A stretch of DNA of 19,340 nucleotides from Octopus sinensis (lineage: Eukaryota), in the NCBI RefSeq assembly GCF_006345805.1, contig NW_021824268.1, positions 1 to 19,340 on the forward strand, in the 5' to 3' direction. The translations under genes were made by a program, and so were the position numbers. Under the pieces are notes generated by a model that made no database searches, had not been told where the DNA came from, and saw only the letters and a list, made by a program, of their open reading frames with translations. This document shows, one piece after another, positions 19,045 to 19,340 of this stretch. Each line of letters opens with the position of its first letter. Position 1 is the stretch's first letter.

Positions 19045-19340
19045 TGCACACATGTATAATACATACACACACATACAAACATACTATACATAATACATAC
19101 ACACATACATTACAAACACCATATATATACATATATATACACTTACACCTACACAATACATATACATATCTACACATACACATATATGTATACACACACA
19201 CACTCACATGCATACACTTATACACACATGTATATATACACACACGACCTCACATACATATACGCACAGAAAAATATATATACACATACACACACATACT
19301 CACATACACGCCTACACACACATATCCACACACACACATG
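19045..19340. repeat. Degenerate (CA)/(TA)/(CATA) microsatellite
   Basis: Direct reading. Confidence 0.9.

Overview
Repeat-saturated, gene-free eukaryotic window, probably cephalopod (Octopus-like; inferred from remembered SINE sequences and dense (TA)n/(CA)n/(TATG)n/(GATA)n microsatellites, not from a search). I find no credible host exon; almost every ORF in the track is a microsatellite or antisense artefact. Recognisable content: several tRNA-derived SINE families, a decayed CR1/L2-type LINE RT fragment (3692-4790), an internally deleted Tigger/pogo (13087-14666), an internally deleted mariner (11243-11811), a hAT MITE with a 22-bp array (8746-9032) and a non-autonomous Helitron (9747-10123). 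The main hidden signal is a set of type I hammerhead-ribozyme (HHR) motifs read by eye: one with an intact core and three stems (18692-18742, minus), one minimal motif (18465-18499, plus), one at the centre of a 265-bp palindrome (14843-14926) and three decayed ones. All lie in short ORF-less modules abutting microsatellites, several nested in a SINE's internal microsatellite, consistent with Penelope-like pseudo-LTR or retrozyme remnants. Four long fold-backs are also present. All alignments and folds are manual; boundaries are approximate.
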